From positions 1 to 37,978 of the forward strand of contig NW_014569475.1 in assembly GCF_000743755.1 (NCBI RefSeq): DNA of 37,978 bases, in the 5' to 3' direction. The notes beneath the pieces were generated by a model. That model did no database searches, was not told the DNA's origin, and saw only the letters and a program-made list of their open reading frames with translations. Position numbers and translations under genes: made by a program. Positions 34,946 through 37,978 of the stretch are shown here, in pieces. This stretch comes from Blastocystis sp. subtype 4 (Eukaryota). Numbering within the stretch: the stretch's first letter is position 1; every line of letters begins with the position of its first letter.

Positions 34946-36773
34946 AATAAATATAATCTATCGTAACATAGCGGTTTCGAGCCTTCAGATCCTTAACAAA
35001 CTTTTCTGCAGAATCTACCAATCATACAGCGCTATCATAACTACCATCATCCACTTGAATTATTCGAATTGAATGCAGCGTCTCTTCATAGAACGTGATC
35101 CCATCCAAGGAAGGACAGTCTACATCACACCAATACTGCATCCTTACCCTCAATTCTCACCAATCTCATACAATAAAGAGCGTGATTACTAAATATCACC
35201 TGATTCAGTAACGGCGCCTTAATGATGGCAAATTCAGACAAGGGGCCAGTTTTATCCCAAATACCTAAAAAGGTCGAGAATCCAAGCATGAGAGATCCAA
35301 GTTTGGGAAGATCTAAAATACATCCACCCATCAACAATACTCTCAAATCGAGCCCGTTTCACTTTACCAAAGGAACGTGATCCAATAATCACACTTATTA
35401 GATTAGGAAGATCTACTTAACAATTCTCTCCAACACATACCTTTCAATGTGAATTCTTCACACCAATGTCCAATCAAACTACTCACATCATATCCTCCAG
35501 TGTTTTCAGCATTTCCTAGAATCAATGCTGTTAATGCATTCAAATACGAGAAATCAAACAGAACATAATCAGAAAAAGATCCAATCCCAACAGCAATCTG
35601 ACGGAGTTTTGGACATTTGGTTACGGAAAAAGATCGATTCTCTGTAGCAATACGACAAGGATTATCATTCATCCATGGCATATTACTTCCATGATCGCAT
35701 TTTGTGAAACTATCAGAACCAATCATGAGTGATTCCAACATCGGTAATTCCACTACTGTGAAAATACGGACATTTGCACAGGAATGATTACCAATCGTAA
35801 CGTCCTGAAGGTGAGGAAGATCGTGAAGCGAAAACGACTGGAAGCTCTCTTCATTACAGCAGTAATCAGGAATGGAGAAGGAAGTAATGGTCTCATTTAA
35901 CACCTCCAGTGCTGGAGCATTATCTACTGTAAATTCAAATCGACCATCAAATGTAACTCCCTCATAGAAGCCATCACGCATAACACGACGACCTTCTACG
36001 GGATGGTTATCTTTCCAAATTCCTTTGAACGATGCCACACCATTATCATAGTAGCTAATTCCAAATCCATCACGTCTATTGTTCGAGAATGAGCCATCGT
36101 ATACAATATGATTGTCAACAAATTCACGACCATGACCATTACGAGGGAACTGGTGACACATCTCATTCACATATTCACCTTCATAGATAAGATTGCCTAG
36201 TTCATCAAACTCCGACATCATTTTGCCATCAAAAGACTTATATAAGCAAATCATTCGATTATGATCGAATTGTCCACAACCACATAACCTCCCTTCTTCG
36301 TAAATGGTTCCAAATCCATGTCGCGAATAGGTAGAACAATCAAATCCACCACGATATAGCAGTACTCCATCTTCATCTCTTTCTTCCAAAACAATCTCCT
36401 GTTCCGAGCACAACACGATCTTATTCTTTTGAAACACCCCATTGTCCCAATATCCTTCAATTAAAGCAATCCCATTCTCATAAATCACTCCCCAACCATG
36501 AAGGATATCGCTTACGAAAGAACACTTGAGATGAAGTTTTCCTTGCTTAAATAGCAAACCGAGGCCGTTCTTTTTTCCATCAGACCGACAACACTCCAAG
36601 TACTCATCTTCATGTTCACCCAGAAAGAATTCAACAGTTCGCCCATTCCTCGAAGTCCCTGGATACAAGATACTACGAGTTACATATCCATTAGGATAGA
36701 GGCTTTCAATGACGTCATCTAAGTTCACATTTGTTTCCCCCAGAGATGTCATCTCAGCTGAATGGTTTTCCAT
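34946..36773 (-). CDS. MORN-like repeats plus C-terminal LRR protein; stop predicted to be completed by polyadenylation
   Basis: YRGGFD...RHGFG, YEGEY...RNGHG, YDGSFSNNRRDGFG, then LHDLPHLQDVTIG and ELPMLESLMIGSDSF. Four phase-1 ~30-nt introns extend the frame to YVTIDYIY then T(34946), 4 nt before TGTTTGTT. Confidence 0.78.
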
Positions 36774-36928
36774 TGTCTCTAAGAATTATTAATGAAGCTG
36801 AATGATCCAAACGAAAACTAGTATATCTATGATTCAACTCATGCTCTTGATCTTGTATTAGATTGCGATGTTCTCTGTTGTTTCAGCCTGAACTGTGATG
36901 GTTTCAGTCATTCACTGAAAGCCTAATA

Positions 36929-37594
36929 ATGGAAGATTCTGTCGCCGTAATTCACTTTGAAACAACTACGACATCCATTCGAGTGCTTCGAAATGGTGAA
37001 ATCTATAATCCTGTGGAGATTCGAGAAGAGGATAATCTATGCATTTTATTTTCTCAGTACCAGAAAATAGAGTTCAATTTGAGCTTGGAGCAGTGGATCA
37101 AGGATTGTGACTAGTCGGAATGTGGAACGGATTCTCGGGAAAACGAAGGCAAATTTCGGAGATATACCACTGAGTAAAGATGTTTACGTGGCTGAAATGT
37201 GTTTTGATGACATGGATTCTAGTCCCTACTTCACAATACAACTATAAACTGGAGACTGTATTTTTGTGAATTCAGAACATGCAATGGTAGAATATTATAA
37301 ATACTGCAAATTTGTTATCGGGAAGAGAAACAAGGAAGTCACTAAACGTTGTCTGACGATTCCAAATTATATTACGGACAAGCAAGATGGATCTTAATAA
37401 AAGCTACGGAGAGAGTGGGAATAACATGTTCCTAGTTCATCAAGGAGCCAACAGCCACTGGGGTTCGTTTTTTTCGAGATTCAGAAACCAATTTATATCA
37501 AAGGATCCGAGAAAACGAAAAGGTATTTGTATTTTTTATTGATGTGTCGTCAAGGAGATGTATTTTTCGTTCTGTTAAGGAGGTGTTGTCATGA
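36929..37594 (+). pseudogene. Degraded divergent Hsp70-like gene fragment
   Basis: Colinear remnants of Hsp70 NBD motifs: AVIHFETTTTSIRVLRNG, RNVERILGK, CLTIPNYITDKQ, ERVGITCS*FIKEPTA, KVFVFFID. In-frame TAA 37245-37247, TAG 37433-37435, and frameshifts. Confidence 0.6.
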
Positions 37595-37978
37595 GAAATG
37601 GAACTTCCTGTTATTGTTGGGTTACATATCATTGGCACAAGGAAGGATCCATTCTTCTATCGATTTATCATTGTCACCCACTTATTATTTAATAGATCTA
37701 AGTGGAATTAGAAATCAGAGTGGATATTTGCAAGTCTGGATTATGTGATACGTAATTGTAGTAATAATTCTATACTTGACTCCACGAAGATAGAGTTAGA
37801 CTAATCCTGTTTCGTTCATACACTCTCTCATTTCAGAAATCCATATCTCTGCCAACAATACCATAGAACCGTGATTTCTTTTCTTATTCATTTTCTCGGC
37901 AACAAGAGGTACATGAATCCTTTTGATATTCTTATATTCTAGGTCGGATTGTGGTAGAACATGTTGGCTCGTTGTTGT

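Noticed and set aside
37245..37435. Stop-codon reassignment
   Set aside because: Frameshifts co-occur, and TAA, TAG and TGA all terminate intact genes in this window.
37790..37978. Open minus-strand frame at the window end
   Set aside because: Too short and featureless to call.

Overview
Eukaryotic, gene-dense, AT-rich nuclear DNA that is almost certainly Blastocystis (an anaerobic stramenopile). Two features support this: nearly all introns are about 28-32 nt GT-AG, and gene 3' ends carry the TGTTTGTT-type downstream polyadenylation element known from that genus. The ORF track is fragmented by these introns. After manual splicing the window holds about 17 protein genes: the 3' part of a tandem-repeat LRR gene, importin beta, TMCO4/DUF726, a mitochondrial-type RecA, a DRAM/TMEM150 protein, a possible ZFC3H1-like protein, a GT61 glycosyltransferase, a COPI-associated membrane protein, Vps34, an SH3-SAH-RhoGEF-PH-FYVE protein, casein kinase 1, a degenerate Hsp70-fold+MORN protein, YME1/FtsH, SQT1/AAMP WD40, an SLC25A51-like carrier, a divergent 6PGD and a MORN+LRR protein. 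It also holds an Hsp70-like pseudogene and two box C/D snoRNAs (U14 and U43/snR70-like). Most notable: (1) a perfect 14-bp palindrome TGTTTGTACAAACA (10067-10080) that appears to be a shared bidirectional poly(A) element creating the stop codons of both convergent genes; (2) two snoRNAs in one roughly 250-nt intron of an apparently non-coding host; (3) a FYVE-like finger inserted inside the Vps34 kinase domain; (4) a 6PGD paralog with a remodelled active site; (5) an LRR gene built from symmetric phase-1 exons, most with GAG acceptors. CDS coordinates are gene spans including introns, all derived by eye.
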